Of a stretch of DNA of 64,000 nucleotides, positions 38,690-51,197 are shown in pieces. The position numbers were made by a program, and so were the translations under genes. Source of the stretch: Octopus sinensis (taxonomy: Eukaryota); the NCBI RefSeq assembly GCF_006345805.1, contig NC_042999.1:131874001-131938000 (forward strand), read 5' to 3'. The notes under the pieces were generated by a model. It did no database searches and was not told the DNA's origin. It saw only the letters and a program-made list of their open reading frames with translations. The first letter of the stretch is position 1. Every line of letters starts with the position of its first letter.

Positions 38690-38900
38690 AAGTAAGAGGA
38701 TGAGTGCCTCATATTGAAAGGGCATATGGCCCATAAGAAAAAATTGTAAGAGGCCAAGTACTTCATTTCAAGGACATGGTGTCATTTGAGGGAAGAGGCT
38801 TAGTGCCTCATTGTAAGGACCTTGAGTCCAAAAGAAATATTGGTAAGAGGTTTATTGCCTCAAATTGTAAGTTCACAAAAGAACAATGTTTTAGAGAAGC
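38690..38900. repeat. degenerate ~45-54-bp tandem array of four units with spaced palindromes
   Basis: G(T/G)AAGAGG-N5-T(G/A)C(C/T)TCA at 38692, 38746, 38791 and 38843. Confidence 0.75.
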
Positions 38901-39675
38901 AAAGATTGGCAGGCGTCTTTTGCCTTCTCTCATTAATATCATCCTGTTCATCTCATCTCATTAATGTCTTTGTCCAGCCCATAGCTTCTCCATCTGTGTA
39001 CGGCTATCATAGCCAATTTAATGAAATAAAGAAACTTGCTTCCCAATCACATGGTTCCAGGTTCAGTCCTACTACATGGCACCTTGGGCAACCGTCTTAG
39101 ACTATAGCCTCGGGCTGATCAAAGCCTTGTGAGTAGGTTTGGTAGACAAACTGAAAGAAGCCTGTTTATTTTTGATTCATTCCCGCCATCACTGCTTGAC
39201 AATCAGTGTTGGTGCGTTTATGTCCCCCATAACTTAGTGGTTCGACAAAAGAGACTGACAGAAAATGTGCTGGGCTTCAAAAAATAAGTCCTGGTGTTCA
39301 TTTGTTTGGCTAAAATCCTTGAAGGCGGTGCTCCAGCATGGCTGCAGTCAAATGACTAAAACAAGTAAAAGAATAAAGAGTAGTATGTTAAACACATGCT
39401 ACCCTTGCAAAATATTGACTCCTTTAGTATCTCCTTGCTTGTGTGTTTCCTGCATGCATTAACTTGTAATTATGTGTGGTGGTGGTTGGTGGGAAAAAGG
39501 TAAATGTTAGTGGTTCTACATAGTTATGTATGAAAACATTCAAACATTAATTGAAAGCTCACTCGGTACATTGGTAAAGTATCACATTTATTCTTACAAA
39601 GAAAGTATTAACGGCGTCTTCAGTTTTGCTACTTACTAGCACCATCAGTCTGTAAATCATTTTGGTTTTTACAAT

Positions 39676-39677
<2 letters not shown>

Positions 39678-39731
<54 letters not shown>
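39678..39731. repeat. (TA)n microsatellite (others near 32.5, 33.85, 35.25, 40.15, 44.2 and 44.6 kb)
   Basis: Direct reading. Confidence 0.97.
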
Positions 39732-39734
<3 letters not shown>

Positions 39735-40129
39735 TTCATTTTGTGTTTGGGGCTTCATGATTTGCAAGCAAGTTTAGTTTAGTGGTGTATTTTAATGACA
39801 TAAAGAAAAAAGGAACTAAGAAAAAGCCTACCGTTTTGGATTGCTTGAGTAGGTGAGCAGAAATAAGGAGCTATAATTAAGTTAATATTTATCAATATGT
39901 CAAACTGAAGTTACAATTTTTCAGCAGATATACACAGTAAGGCAGAAAGGAGAAATAGGATAAAGAGAAAGAAAAAGTGGTATAGAAAGAGGATAAGAAG
40001 GCTTATCGTGGGGTAGAAAAAGACAAAGTGGGTAGGAAAATACTGAGCTCTAATTTAGTGGTGTCTATGTGGGGGGGGGGGGGAGCTGAAAAACAGTTAA
40101 TATTTCTCTATATGTCTTCCGTGTGTATG

Positions 40130-40183
<54 letters not shown>

Positions 40184-40771
40184 TACATGTATATGTATAT
40201 AAATATAGGCACAGGCATGACTGTATAGCTTAAGACGCTTGTTTCACAATGAAATAATCTTGTGTTCAGTCCCACAGCATGGCTTGTATAGATATGGATT
40301 AGCTACATCACACAGGCTCCCTTGTCACTTCCACAGTGAGCAAATTACAAGGGACCAAGAAATGTGGCAATTTGCTGCACTTGATAAAACATGTCGAGCT
40401 AAGTAAAATCATTGTTGTCTTCCACACACATACAAGCTTGTCCTTTTAAGTGCCAGTGTCACATAAAAAGTACCTGTGCCAGTGCTGTGTAAACACACCT
40501 GTGCTAGTGGCATGTGAAAGGCACCCAGCACGCTCTGTTAAATGGTTGGCATTAGGAACGGCATCCAGCTGTAGGAACCATGCCACAACAAACAATTAGA
40601 GTATGGACAGCTCCCAGCTGGCCAACTCCTTGTCAAACTGTCTAATCCATGCCAGCATGGAAAGTAGACGTTAAATGATGATAATGTTGATACAACTGTG
40701 ATGGCTACATACTACATATCTTCATAAAAAAAAAAGCTCATAATCATATTTTGACTCTCTCTTCTCTGTAG

Positions 40772-40841
40772 GAGAAGACTAGTTTTATTCTGCATAACCT
40801 TAGAGAAGGGCTATTGTTGAATTGCAGAATTCTGATTTCAA
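40772..40841 (+). other. candidate 70-nt frameshifting (poison) cassette exon
   Basis: Acceptor ttttgactctctcttctctgtag| and donor CAA|gtaagg. Open in frame 0 (EKTSFILHNLREGLLLNCRILIS) but 3n+1 long. Confidence 0.28.
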
Positions 40842-43800
40842 GTAAGGCTTATTTGTTTTCTTTTAACTTAGATTCTTTTAAGTAGGTTCCTTTGCAAATG
40901 GCTTTTTTTTTTTCAACTGTACAGTATTTTGAAACTTTTATTTTAAATCTTAAATAGACTAATTACCATTTAGTAATTATGTTGTTTACGCTCAATTATC
41001 ATTAAGTAATTATTTGTTTGGTGTAGACACTCCTATCTAAGCAAGTTATATTTCTTATTAAACATAAAAGATAATTGCCCTCATAGTAACTAATTTCTCC
41101 ACAGCTGTCATGAAAAAGCTGTCTTTTATTTAGCATTATGAAGAACAAAATTGATTAACAGCTAAACTAAAGTGCTCCCATATTGTGTAGACAGTTTTTT
41201 TTCTTTTCTTTTCTTTTTATCTTAAATCAAGAAGTTATGACTTAGAATATGTTCTTGAAAAAATTGAACTATGTCAATTGAAATAAGACAACAGTACTTG
41301 TTATTAATCAATAATTTATAAACAAAGTCAAAAAAATTCTTTCATTTCTTTTTTGTATACAATTTTTAATTTTAATGATTTTTTAAAATTCCAACATTAT
41401 GTGTTGGATCTCACAGGGGTGAAGGGATGACAGGGGGCTAAGACTTCTGGCTGTTTGCTGTGCTTGAGAAGACATGTCAAGCTTAGTAAAATCAAGGTCA
41501 TTCTTGCTTACCAGTATGTTCCCTATATCCCTTTTCAGCTGAGTGATCCTAATCTTATTTCTTTATTGCCTACAAGGAGCTAAGCATAGAGGGGACAAAC
41601 AAGGAGAGACAAAGGGATTAAGTCGATTACATTGACCCCAGTGCGTAACTGGTACTTAAGTTATCGACCCCAAAAAGATGAAAGGAAAAGTCGACCACGG
41701 CGGAATTTGAACTCAGAACGTAAAAACAGACAAAATACCACTAAGCAGTTTGCCCAGCATGCTAACGTTTCTGCCAGCTTGCCGCCTTTTGTAATCCTAA
41801 TCTTGTGGGCTCGTGGCTGCTGGTGCCACGTAAAACGCACTCATGCTGGTGCTGCATAAAAGCACCCGTAAAATGGTTGTCATTATGAAGAGCATCAAGC
41901 CATAGAAACCATGCCAAAACAGACATGGAGCCTGGGCAGCCCTTTGGCTGACCAGCTCCTGTCAAACCATCTGACCCATGCCAGTATGGAAAATAGGCTT
42001 TAAATGATAATGATGATGATGTGTGTGAGCACATATCAACTGTTGTATGCAAGTCTGTGCGAAGAAATATTTTTCTTATATGTTGATGAAGTGTTCAAGG
42101 TTTATAAAACAACTTTATATTAGCTGCCATGATTTCTGATAACAAATAATGTGAAATTTTTTTTTCTCTTTTTTTTTTTTGTTAGTTGACTGATCAATCA
42201 AATTAGTTTTGATTTCCATTCTATTTCTGCATCATGGCTTATCACCATCGGAAAAAAATCTGTTCTTGTGTTATTCTCTCATTTCTATTAGTTCAATCAA
42301 TGAAACCTGGCTGTTATCACTATTTGTTTTTTTCTACCATATCAGATGTATTGCTTTAACTTAATGGTATTTTAACAATAAAGTCTTGTTGTTAGTTTCA
42401 TAGTTTATCTTAAATACCAACATTTACCGGTACAATTGACAATGAAATTTGGGGATTTCCATCAGATTATCAATTAATTGCTGTCATAGCAATATATATT
42501 TTTGTACATATGTCAGCAGCTTACATTTGATAAGAATGTTATTAAATTCAAATTTTGGCACAAGGCCAGCAAGTTTGGGGGAGGGGTAAGTCAATTACAT
42601 TGACCCCAGTGCTCAACTGGTATGCATTTTATGAACCCCAAAAGGGTGAAAGGCAAAGTCAACCTCAGCGGAATTTGAACGTAATGATGGACAAAATGCC
42701 ACTAAACATCTTGCCAAGATCACTGCCTTATATTTGATAAGAATGTCATTACCATTAATTTTGAAACTATAGTTACTGGTTTCAATCCAGTATGGTATTG
42801 TCTAAACTTCTGAAGACAACTGACAATCGAACTGGTGGAAACATGATGCAGCTGATGGAGTAACTGGTTGGAAATTTAGAATCTTATTAACAACTTATCT
42901 TAGATATTTAGATATTTAATATGTAATTCCAATTCATACCATCTGACAATCACTGTATCTATAAGACTATTTGATGTTGTTATACATTGCTAGTCACAAT
43001 GCGCTTCCTTCCATTCTTGTAGCTGCTGAATGGTACCACCCTGTGGGTTAGGCAGGCAAGCCAATATTTCAGTCTGTCAGAGGGTTACTCTTTTACAGCT
43101 GAGTGGATTGGACCAACATGAAATGAAGTGTTTTACTCAAGAACGCAATACATCACTGGTTTGAAAATTGAAGCCATAATATTATGACTATGAGTGCAAC
43201 ACCCTAACCAGTATGCCTTGCACCTTGACACCATCTGACAATATTTATATTAAAATGTTTTTGTTATTTGTGTCTGTCCCTTAGAGATTTCTCTGTCTTA
43301 TAATTCTTTATAAACCTCTACCTTATAATTTTGTACTTTAAATTCTTATAGTTCAGTTTTTAAGAAAGCTTCAGCCAATAATCCCTAATATCATGCCTCT
43401 GGATTTCACAAACCTCTTCCTAATAGTGATTGTGCTTTCCTTTAGATAATTCTCTACAGTGACAAGTAGAGCAGTATCATAGAATTTGTAACTGTGTGTG
43501 TCTGTATAATGTGACCACGCATGTGTACGTGTAAGACTGAGAGAGAGAGAGGGGGGGGAGCGGAAGAAAAAGATTTTTAGTTTGATTTTTTGAAAGCCAG
43601 TGGTAGTAGAGGAGAAAATGGCCATTTGAACAGAGTTTGACAGTTTGAAAATTAGCAAGGTCACTGAAGAGTATTTGGTGAAATAGGTTTTGGGCAGCAG
43701 GTGACCGGCCATTTGTGGATGATACCATGAACAAGAGATATGATTGTGCTTGCCATGTGCAGTAATAGAACTGTTTCAAATGTGTGAATAGTAGTCGAGT

Positions 43801-44010
43801 AGAAGATAAATTATTCCTGTATAAGGGACCAGTGGTACAAGTGTGTGAATAACAGGAGTATATCTTTTATTTTTTACTTGTTTCAGTCATTAGACTGCAA
43901 CCATGTCTTGAAGAATCTTTAGTTGAATGAATCCACTGCAGTATTTTTTTTTTTAAGCACTAGTACTTATTCTGTTTGTCTCTTTTGTCGAATTACTATG
44001 GTATATATAT

Positions 44011-44191
44011 CATCATCATCATCGTTTAACGTCCGTTCTCCATGCTAGCATGGGTTGGACGGTTCGACCGGGGATCTGGGAAGCCAGAAGGCTGCACCAG
44101 ACTCCAGTCTTATCTGGCAATGTTTCTACAGCTGGATAACCTTCCTAACGCCAACCACTCCGTGAGTGTAGTGGGTGCTTTTTACATGCCA

Positions 44192-44196
<5 letters not shown>
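44011..44196 (-). mobile_element. RTE-like 3'-tail retroelement (others near 12.8-13.3, 15.8, 26.4, 40.5, 41.9, 44.7-45.0 and 55.7 kb)
   Basis: About 95% identical by eye to the reverse complement of 61527-61716; embedded in (TA)n. Confidence 0.85.
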
Positions 44197-44232
<36 letters not shown>

Positions 44233-44568
44233 GCAGAGATACTCAGCCGTGCTTGGGATTAAAATGGCATAGTATTTTTATTGTTTTACTTCTTTCAGTC
44301 GTGAATGTGGCCATGCTGGAGCACTGCCATTGGTTGAACAAATTGACCACGGGATTTATTCTTTGTAAGCCTAGTACTTACTCTATCAGTGTCTTTTGCT
44401 GAACCACTAAGTTTTTGGGACGTAACACAGCAACATCGGTTGTCAAGCAATGGTGGGAGTACAAACACACACACACACAAATATTCACATATATACAACA
44501 GTCTTTCAGTTTCCATGTAAGAAATCCTTTCACAAGGCTTTGGTTGGCCTGAGGCTATAATATATATA

Positions 44569-44629
<61 letters not shown>

Positions 44630-44993
44630 TCCAGTTATAGATAGCCATATCATCATCATCATTGTTTAACATCTGCTTTCCATGCTGGCATGGGTTGGAC
44701 GGTTTGACTGAGGGCTATATATATATATCATCATCATCGTTTAACGTCCGTTTTCCGCGCTAGCACGGGTTGAACGGTTTCGACCGGGGTCTGGCAGTGT
44801 TTCTACAGCTGGATGCCCTTCCTAACGCCAACCACTCCGCGAGTGTAGTGGGTGCTTTTTACGTGCCACCTGCACAGGTGCCAGAGGGGTCTGGCATCGG
44901 CCACGGTCAGTTGGTGCTTTTTATGTGCCACCTGCACAGAAGCCAGTCGGGGCGGTGCTGGCATCGGCCACGTTCGGATGGTGCTTTTTATGT

Positions 44994-45555
44994 GGGGGGA
45001 GGGTGCAGAAATATAGGGGAGCACCAGTGGGGAGGGGTGTTCGGAGAAACGATGACAGGTTCTACACAAGTAGAACGTAGGGTATCACGAGAGGGGTAAT
45101 GCATGGTGAAATAGCGTATTGAAGAGGGGGGTTCGAAGAGTAGACACCTATAATGGTGGTGGGAGAAGCGACATCCGGTATAGATGGAGCAAAAATATAG
45201 AGATATCCGGTATTGGTGGTGGGGGTGGGCGGGTGCACCGGGAATATGCGAACATTGAACTTGACGGGCTGGCTTAAAAATGCTCTTAGCAATGGAAGGG
45301 GGGAAAGGAAGAGGGGGGGAGGGCATACAACGTAAAAGAGGGAGAGAGAGAGAGAGAGAGAAGGGAATAGTGGAACCCCGCGAAAATCGGCCGCCATTGA
45401 AAAAATCCTGTATGGAGAAACTCAAATATCTATTCTGTATTTAGCGAGACACGAGGCCGGAAAACCGATGGTCAACAATAACTAATAAATTATACAGAAT
45501 ATGCAATACGAGGCAAAATAATAATAGTAATAAACAGGGGTCAAAGGGATAATAC

Positions 45556-45595
<40 letters not shown>

Positions 45596-46230
45596 CAGCT
45601 TAACCACTAGAGATCAGACAAATTTGCATGAGAATATTACTGGTACAGATTTCGGGATGAATTAGATTAGAAAGATTTTCTTATCTTGGGAACATTTCGT
45701 TTTTCAGCCTGACACGGCGAATATGCGAGGTTGAACTTGACGGGCTGGCTTAAAAATGCTCTTAGCAATGGAAGGGGGGAAAGGAAGAGGGGGGAGGGCA
45801 TACAACGTAAAAGAGGGAGAGAGAGAGAGAGAGAAGGGAATAGTGGAACCCCGCGAAAATCGGCCGCCATTGAAAAAATCCTGTATGGAGAAACTCAAAT
45901 ATCTATTCTGTATTTAGCGAGACACGAGGCCGGAAAACCGATGGTCAACAATAACTAATAAATTATACAGAATATGCAATACAAGGCGAAATAATAATAC
46001 TAATAAACAAGGGTCAAAGGGATAATACTAATAATAATAATAATAATAAACAGCTTAACCACTAGAGATCAGACAAATTTGCATGAGAATATTACTGGTA
46101 CAGATTTCGGGATGAATTAGATTAGAAAGATTTTCTTATCTTGGGAACATTTCGTTTTTCGGCCTGACACGGCGAATATGCGAGGTTGAACTTGACGGGC
46201 TGGCTTTAAAAAAAAAAAAAAAAAAAAAAA
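44994..46230. repeat. CpG-rich unclassified element with tandem units of 477 and 455 bp plus a partial third, ending in A23
   Basis: Units begin at atatgcg (45244, 45721, 46176) and differ by a few substitutions; 44994-45245 is homologous in inverted orientation to ~63530-64000. Confidence 0.85.
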
Positions 46231-46828
46231 GTGAAATTATTAATAGTGAAACCTATTAAAAGTGAAAGTATTATCTCACATTACAATAGAGATGTTATTG
46301 TTTCACTTTTGACATGCAATACTGAGATAGTGTAAGAGATTGCTCTGGGCTTGCATTAGGCAAGAAGTTGAAAATGATTTGAGCCCATGACACTGCATGG
46401 ACCCTAAGTAAGGCGTGTGTAAAATCTGAATGGAATTGGTTGGCTAGTTCTCTAGTTTTAGTGATTCACACATACAAACACACAGACCGACAGACATTCT
46501 CAGTTTTATATATATATATATATATACATATATATACAAAGTGAAATTATTAATAGTGAAACCTATTAAAAGTGAAAGTATTATCTCACATTACAATAGA
46601 GATGTTATTGTTTCACTTTTGACATGCAATACTGAGATAGTGTAAGAGATTGCTCTGGGCTTGCATTAGGCAAGAAGTTGAAAATGATTTGAGCCCATGA
46701 CACTGCATGGACCCTAAGTAAGGCGTGTGTAAAATCTGAATGGAATTGGTTGGCTAGTTCTCTAGTTTTAGTGATGCACACATACAAACACACAGACTGA
46801 CAGACATTCTCAGTTTTATATATATAGA
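46231..46828 (-). mobile_element. Helitron 5' module of the same family, tandemly duplicated (period 310 bp); no 3' end found
   Basis: A|TC at 46829/46828 on the - strand, followed by tatatataaaactgagaatg; homologous to the first ~290 bp of 35434-36595. Confidence 0.85.
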
Positions 46829-47304
46829 TACACACACACAACAGGCTTCTTTTCAGTTTCTGTCTACCAGACCCAATCACAAGGCTTTGGTTGGCCTGAG
46901 GCTACATTAGAAGACACTTCCCCAAGGTACCATGCAGTGGGGCTGAACCCATAGTCATGTGGTTGGGAAGCAGTTACAAGGTTTCAGGTTCAGTCCTTCT
47001 GTGCAACAACTTTGGCAAGATTTGGGAGATGGATACTGAAAGCCCCCCCCCCCCAAATATGTGTGTACATATTTGCATCAATACGTGTGTGTGAGTTTGT
47101 GATCATGTCTTTTTGCCATAACATAATGCAACAGTTTTAAACAAATGTTACCATCATTTGCTGTCTGTACAATTTCTATATGCCCTCCCCCCCCAAAAAA
47201 AATTGATGCCCTTGTGGCAAAATTTGAAATTATTATTGTTATTATTAGTATTATTATTGCATTGGACAAAATACTTAGAGGCATTTCAAAGTACCAGTCA
47301 AATA

Positions 47305-48102
47305 CAGGCATACCTCACCCTACGTCATTAATTGGTTCCAGGAGACATGACTTAAGTTGAAAAGCAACTTAAATCAAATTAACTTGTCTCTAGGCTATGC
47401 TAGGCCAAATTTACTTGTCTCTAGACTAAACCAACAATAACCATTCCCAGTTATGAATGCATTTTCAATAATACACGGTTAATAAAAACCTATTTTAAGC
47501 TTACAAACAAACAATTTTTATTTTTCAATACAATACAGTAAAAAAAATGTAATTTAAATTTACAAATACAATTTGGCAGTTTTTACCGTACATCACATGC
47601 TTTATTTATGAATGCAGTTTACAATAAGACATGGTAAAAATAAAAGCCATTTTTAAACTTAGAAAACAAATTCAGTAATTATTATTATTTTGCAATAGTA
47701 AAAAAGACAATTATTTTAAATTTACCAATTCATACATACAATTAGGTGGTTTACATCACGTATGTAGATGACTGTGGATCGTCAACATCAACAGCTGACT
47801 CTGGCTGTTCTTGTTCGATGTGTTCACTAAGCTACACTACTTTATGGTGTGTATCTTAACATTTACTGCACGTATTTTAATATGATTTTATATGCTTTTA
47901 TTCTTATCTATTGTACAGTAACATGATTTTATGTGGTTTTAACGGTTTTCTGGTGATTTTACGATTCCAATATTTGTGGTGGAAAGACGTAAAGTTGAGT
48001 AAAATGACTTCACTTGATTTTTATTTTTCCATATTATTTTTGAAAACCGATGTATTATCGAGAATGACTTAAATCGAAACAACTTAAGCCGAGGTATGCC
48101 TG
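47305..48102 (-). mobile_element. pogo/Tigger-type deletion derivative, 798 bp
   Basis: Perfect 12-bp TIR CAGGCATACCTC / GAGGTATGCCTG with TA on both sides. A - strand remnant EQPESAVDVDDPQSSTYVM* (stop at 47751-53) resembles Tigger C-termini. Confidence 0.85.
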
Positions 48103-48185
48103 TACTGGGGTTTATATAATTGACTTGTCCATCCCCTCAAAATTGCTGGCTTTGTACCAGAATTGAAAAGATTTATTATTATTAT

Positions 48186-49005
48186 TAAGGTGATGGGCTG
48201 GCAGAATTATTAACATGCCTGGTTAAATGCTTAGCAGCATTTTCTTTGTTTTCAAGTTCTGAGTTCAAATTTCACCAAGGTTGACTTGGCCTTTTATCCT
48301 TATGGATAAAATAAGTACCAGTTGAACCCCCAAAATTGCTGCCCTTGTGGCAAAATTTGAAACCATTATTATTATTATTATTGTTATTATTATCAAGGCA
48401 TTGAGCTAGCAAAATTGTTAGCATGCCTGGTGAAATGCTTAGCGGTATTTCGTCTACCGTTACGTTCTGAGTTCAAATTCCGCGAAGGTCGACTTTGCCT
48501 TTCATCCTTTCAGTGTTGATAAATTAGGTACCAGTTACGCACTGGTTTCGATATAATCGACTTAATCCGTTTGTCCTCTCTGTGTTTAGCCCCTTGTGGG
48601 TAGTAAAGAAATAGGTATTTCGTCTACCACTACATTCTGAGTTCAAATTCTGCCAAGGTCATCTTTGCCTTTCATCCTTTTGGAGTCAATAAAATAAGTA
48701 CCAGTTATACGCTGGGGTTGATGTGATTGACTTAATCCCTTCCCCAAAATTACTGCCCTTGTGGCAAAATTTGAAACCGTTATTAAGGCAGTGGAGCTAG
48801 CAGAATCATTAGCATGCCAGCCAAAATGCTTAGTGGCATTTCGTCCATATTTACATTCTGAGTTCAACTTCCACCAAGGTCAGCTTTGCTTTTCATCCTT
48901 TTGGGGTCAATAAAATAAGTACCAGTTGAGCACTGGGGTCAATGTAATTGACTCATCCCCTTCACCAAAAAGGCTGCCTTTGTAGCAAAATTTGAAACCA
49001 TTATT
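48186..49005 (+). mobile_element. tandem cluster of ~4 copies of SINE family 2 (other copies near 13.5, 15.1-15.4, 41.6, 42.6 and 54.4 kb, on the - strand)
   Basis: Repeated gcagaa..ttagcatgcc..aaatgcttagc..ttctgagttcaaattc..gcctttcatcctt..aataagtaccagtt, mostly separated by short ATT-rich tails. Confidence 0.85.
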
Positions 49006-49916
49006 ATTATTATTAATAGTAGTAGTAGCAATGGTGGCAATGGTAGTAGCCTATGTTTTTAACACTAACTAAGAGGATAGCTAAATCTCCCTCAAATTGC
49101 ACACACCTGTTTCACAGAAAAAAAAATTGTCAGATAATATTGTTCTCAATACATATCTAAGAAAAATATATAAGATAGGATGAGGGTTGATTTGGAGTTA
49201 AAACAAGAAGCTTATTTGTTGCAACTTATGTCAGACATTGTAATTAATGATTCTTATATTGTTATGTCATTATATAGCTGTGAGATTTTTAACTTATAGC
49301 CTGGTAGTTAGTCAACTCTTTTAACAACATACTTGCAGTGATGATTAATTAAATTGTGATAATTCCTGAGTGTCATAAAACATAACAGTCAGAGAAGAGT
49401 TCTTATCAAGGGGAATAAGTCATTAGCTATTAGCAGTTAAGAGTAGCTGCAATGAACTACTCTTCATTTAAAACAACAGACAGACGTTTTTCCTTATTAG
49501 ATATCTTAGCAATTTTTAGCTACCTTTGTTATTTCTTTCTTCATTACTCCAAGCAAAAGGTAAATGTATATTCCATATGAATGTTGCATAACAACAAAAA
49601 TATGTTAATGTAGGACAGAAAAACAATTATTAGGCAAGAAAATGTGGCAGAAGTATTTTTGATTATATACATAAACATATATATATCTATATATATATAT
49701 ATATACACACACACACATTTATATATATGTATATATATTTTAATATTTGTAGTAAGCAGTGTAACAGTTTGGCATTGGTCTGTAACAATATTTTTATATG
49801 TTAAAGCAAAGAAGTGGGCATCGGTTTATAATCTGTAGCTGAATTTCTATTTAGATTGCTTCTATAATGGGAATATTTTTGTTAGCTGAAGCTGAAATTT
49901 TAAAACCTTGACTAAA

Positions 49917-50312
49917 GGCGTAGGAGTGGCTGTGTGGTAAGTAGCTTGCTTACAAACCACATGGTTCTGGGTTCAGCCTCACTACATGGTACCTTGGGCA
50001 AGTGTCTTCTACCATAGCCTCGGGCCAACCAAGGCCTTGTGAGTGGATTTGGTAGACGGAAACTGAAAGAAGCCCATCGTATATATGTATATATATATAT
50101 GTATGTGTGTGTGTATGTATATGTTTGTGTGTCTGTGTTTGTCGCCCCAACATCGCTTCACAACCAATGCTGGTGTGTTTACGTCCCTGTAACTTAGCGG
50201 TTCGGCAAAAGAGAATGATAGAATAAGTACTAGGATTACAAAGAATAAGTCCTAGAGTCGACTAAAGGCGGTGCTCCAGCATGGCATCAGTCAAATGACT
50301 GAAACAAGTTAA
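49917..50312 (+). mobile_element. tRNA-derived SINE family 1 (further copies or fragments near 33.4-33.8, 37.9, 39.0, 44.3, 46.9, 51.3, 57.8-58.1, 60.2, 61.4-61.95, 62.4-63.2 kb)
   Basis: Head and tail as above. Confidence 0.9.
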
Positions 50313-50978
50313 AGTTTGTCAATTGAAGTAGATATGTCATGTAAAATCACTCTTATGTCTTTTAATCCTTTCACATTTAAACTGGCCATGTCCAGCTGAA
50401 CTTTATACCTGTTTTATGTTTAAATCAGACATATCTGGCCTCTCATGCTTAGCTACAATATCATTCTAAAAAAATATACAGTTGCATCATTGAAATCTCA
50501 AAGGTACATGATAATGCATGGTTTATTTAAAACAATGTACCCACAATACCTGGCATCTTGCTGTACTCAAGAAGACCTATCCTCCTCAGCAGAAGTGTTA
50601 CGGTTGCCTCCTCTGGTGAAGAGGATTGCCCTGCAAGAGTCCTGTGCTGGTGTCATGTAAAAAGCACTCCTGCTGGCACCACATAAATGAACTTGTACTG
50701 GTGCCACATTAAAAAGACCCAGTGCACGCTGTAAAGTGGATGGTGTTGGGAAGGGCATCTACCATAGAAACCAAGCCAAATCAGGCTGGAACCTGTCATT
50801 TAGGATTTGGAGAGGCAGTGATGATTGTTGATAATTAAAGTAGAGGTATGTGAAGAGCAGCAGGGATGATTCTTTACTAATTATTTTATGTAGTGAGGAA
50901 CTAAGTAAATAAATAAAACTCTGCAATTACCTGTCTCTTTCAACATAGAGATAGTAGAAAAACTTTAACCCTTTAGCA

Positions 50979-51197
50979 CAGTGGTTTTCAACCAGGGTTC
51001 CGCGGAACCTTAGGGTTCCGCCAGTACAGTCCAGGGGTTCCGCAAGAAGTTACAAAAATGCTAAAATCGACAGTAATTTTTAATTCTCCTGTGCAGATAT
51101 GTGTGCATAGGACAATTAAATTATTGTACAGGGGTTCCTCGAGCCAGTGAAATGTTTTTTTGGGGTTTCGCTCCAGCAAAAAGTTTGAAAAGCACTG
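50979..51197. mobile_element. hAT (Charlie/Buster-type) MITE, 219 bp
   Basis: TIR cagtggttttcaa / ttgaaaagcactg; perfect 8-bp TSD CTTTAGCA at 50971-78 and 51198-205. Confidence 0.93.

Noticed and set aside
38690-38900. Repeat-spacer pattern as a CRISPR array
   Set aside because: The spacers are related to one another, so it is a degenerate tandem repeat.
42346-42366. 21-nt in-frame microexon candidate (MYCFNLM)
   Set aside because: AG...GT pairs this short arise often by chance in 37 kb; weak donor and no homology.
44770-45425. ORFs of 109-145 aa in the CpG-rich element
   Set aside because: Overlapping low-complexity frames on both strands, expected from GC content and CT tracts; no domain recognised.
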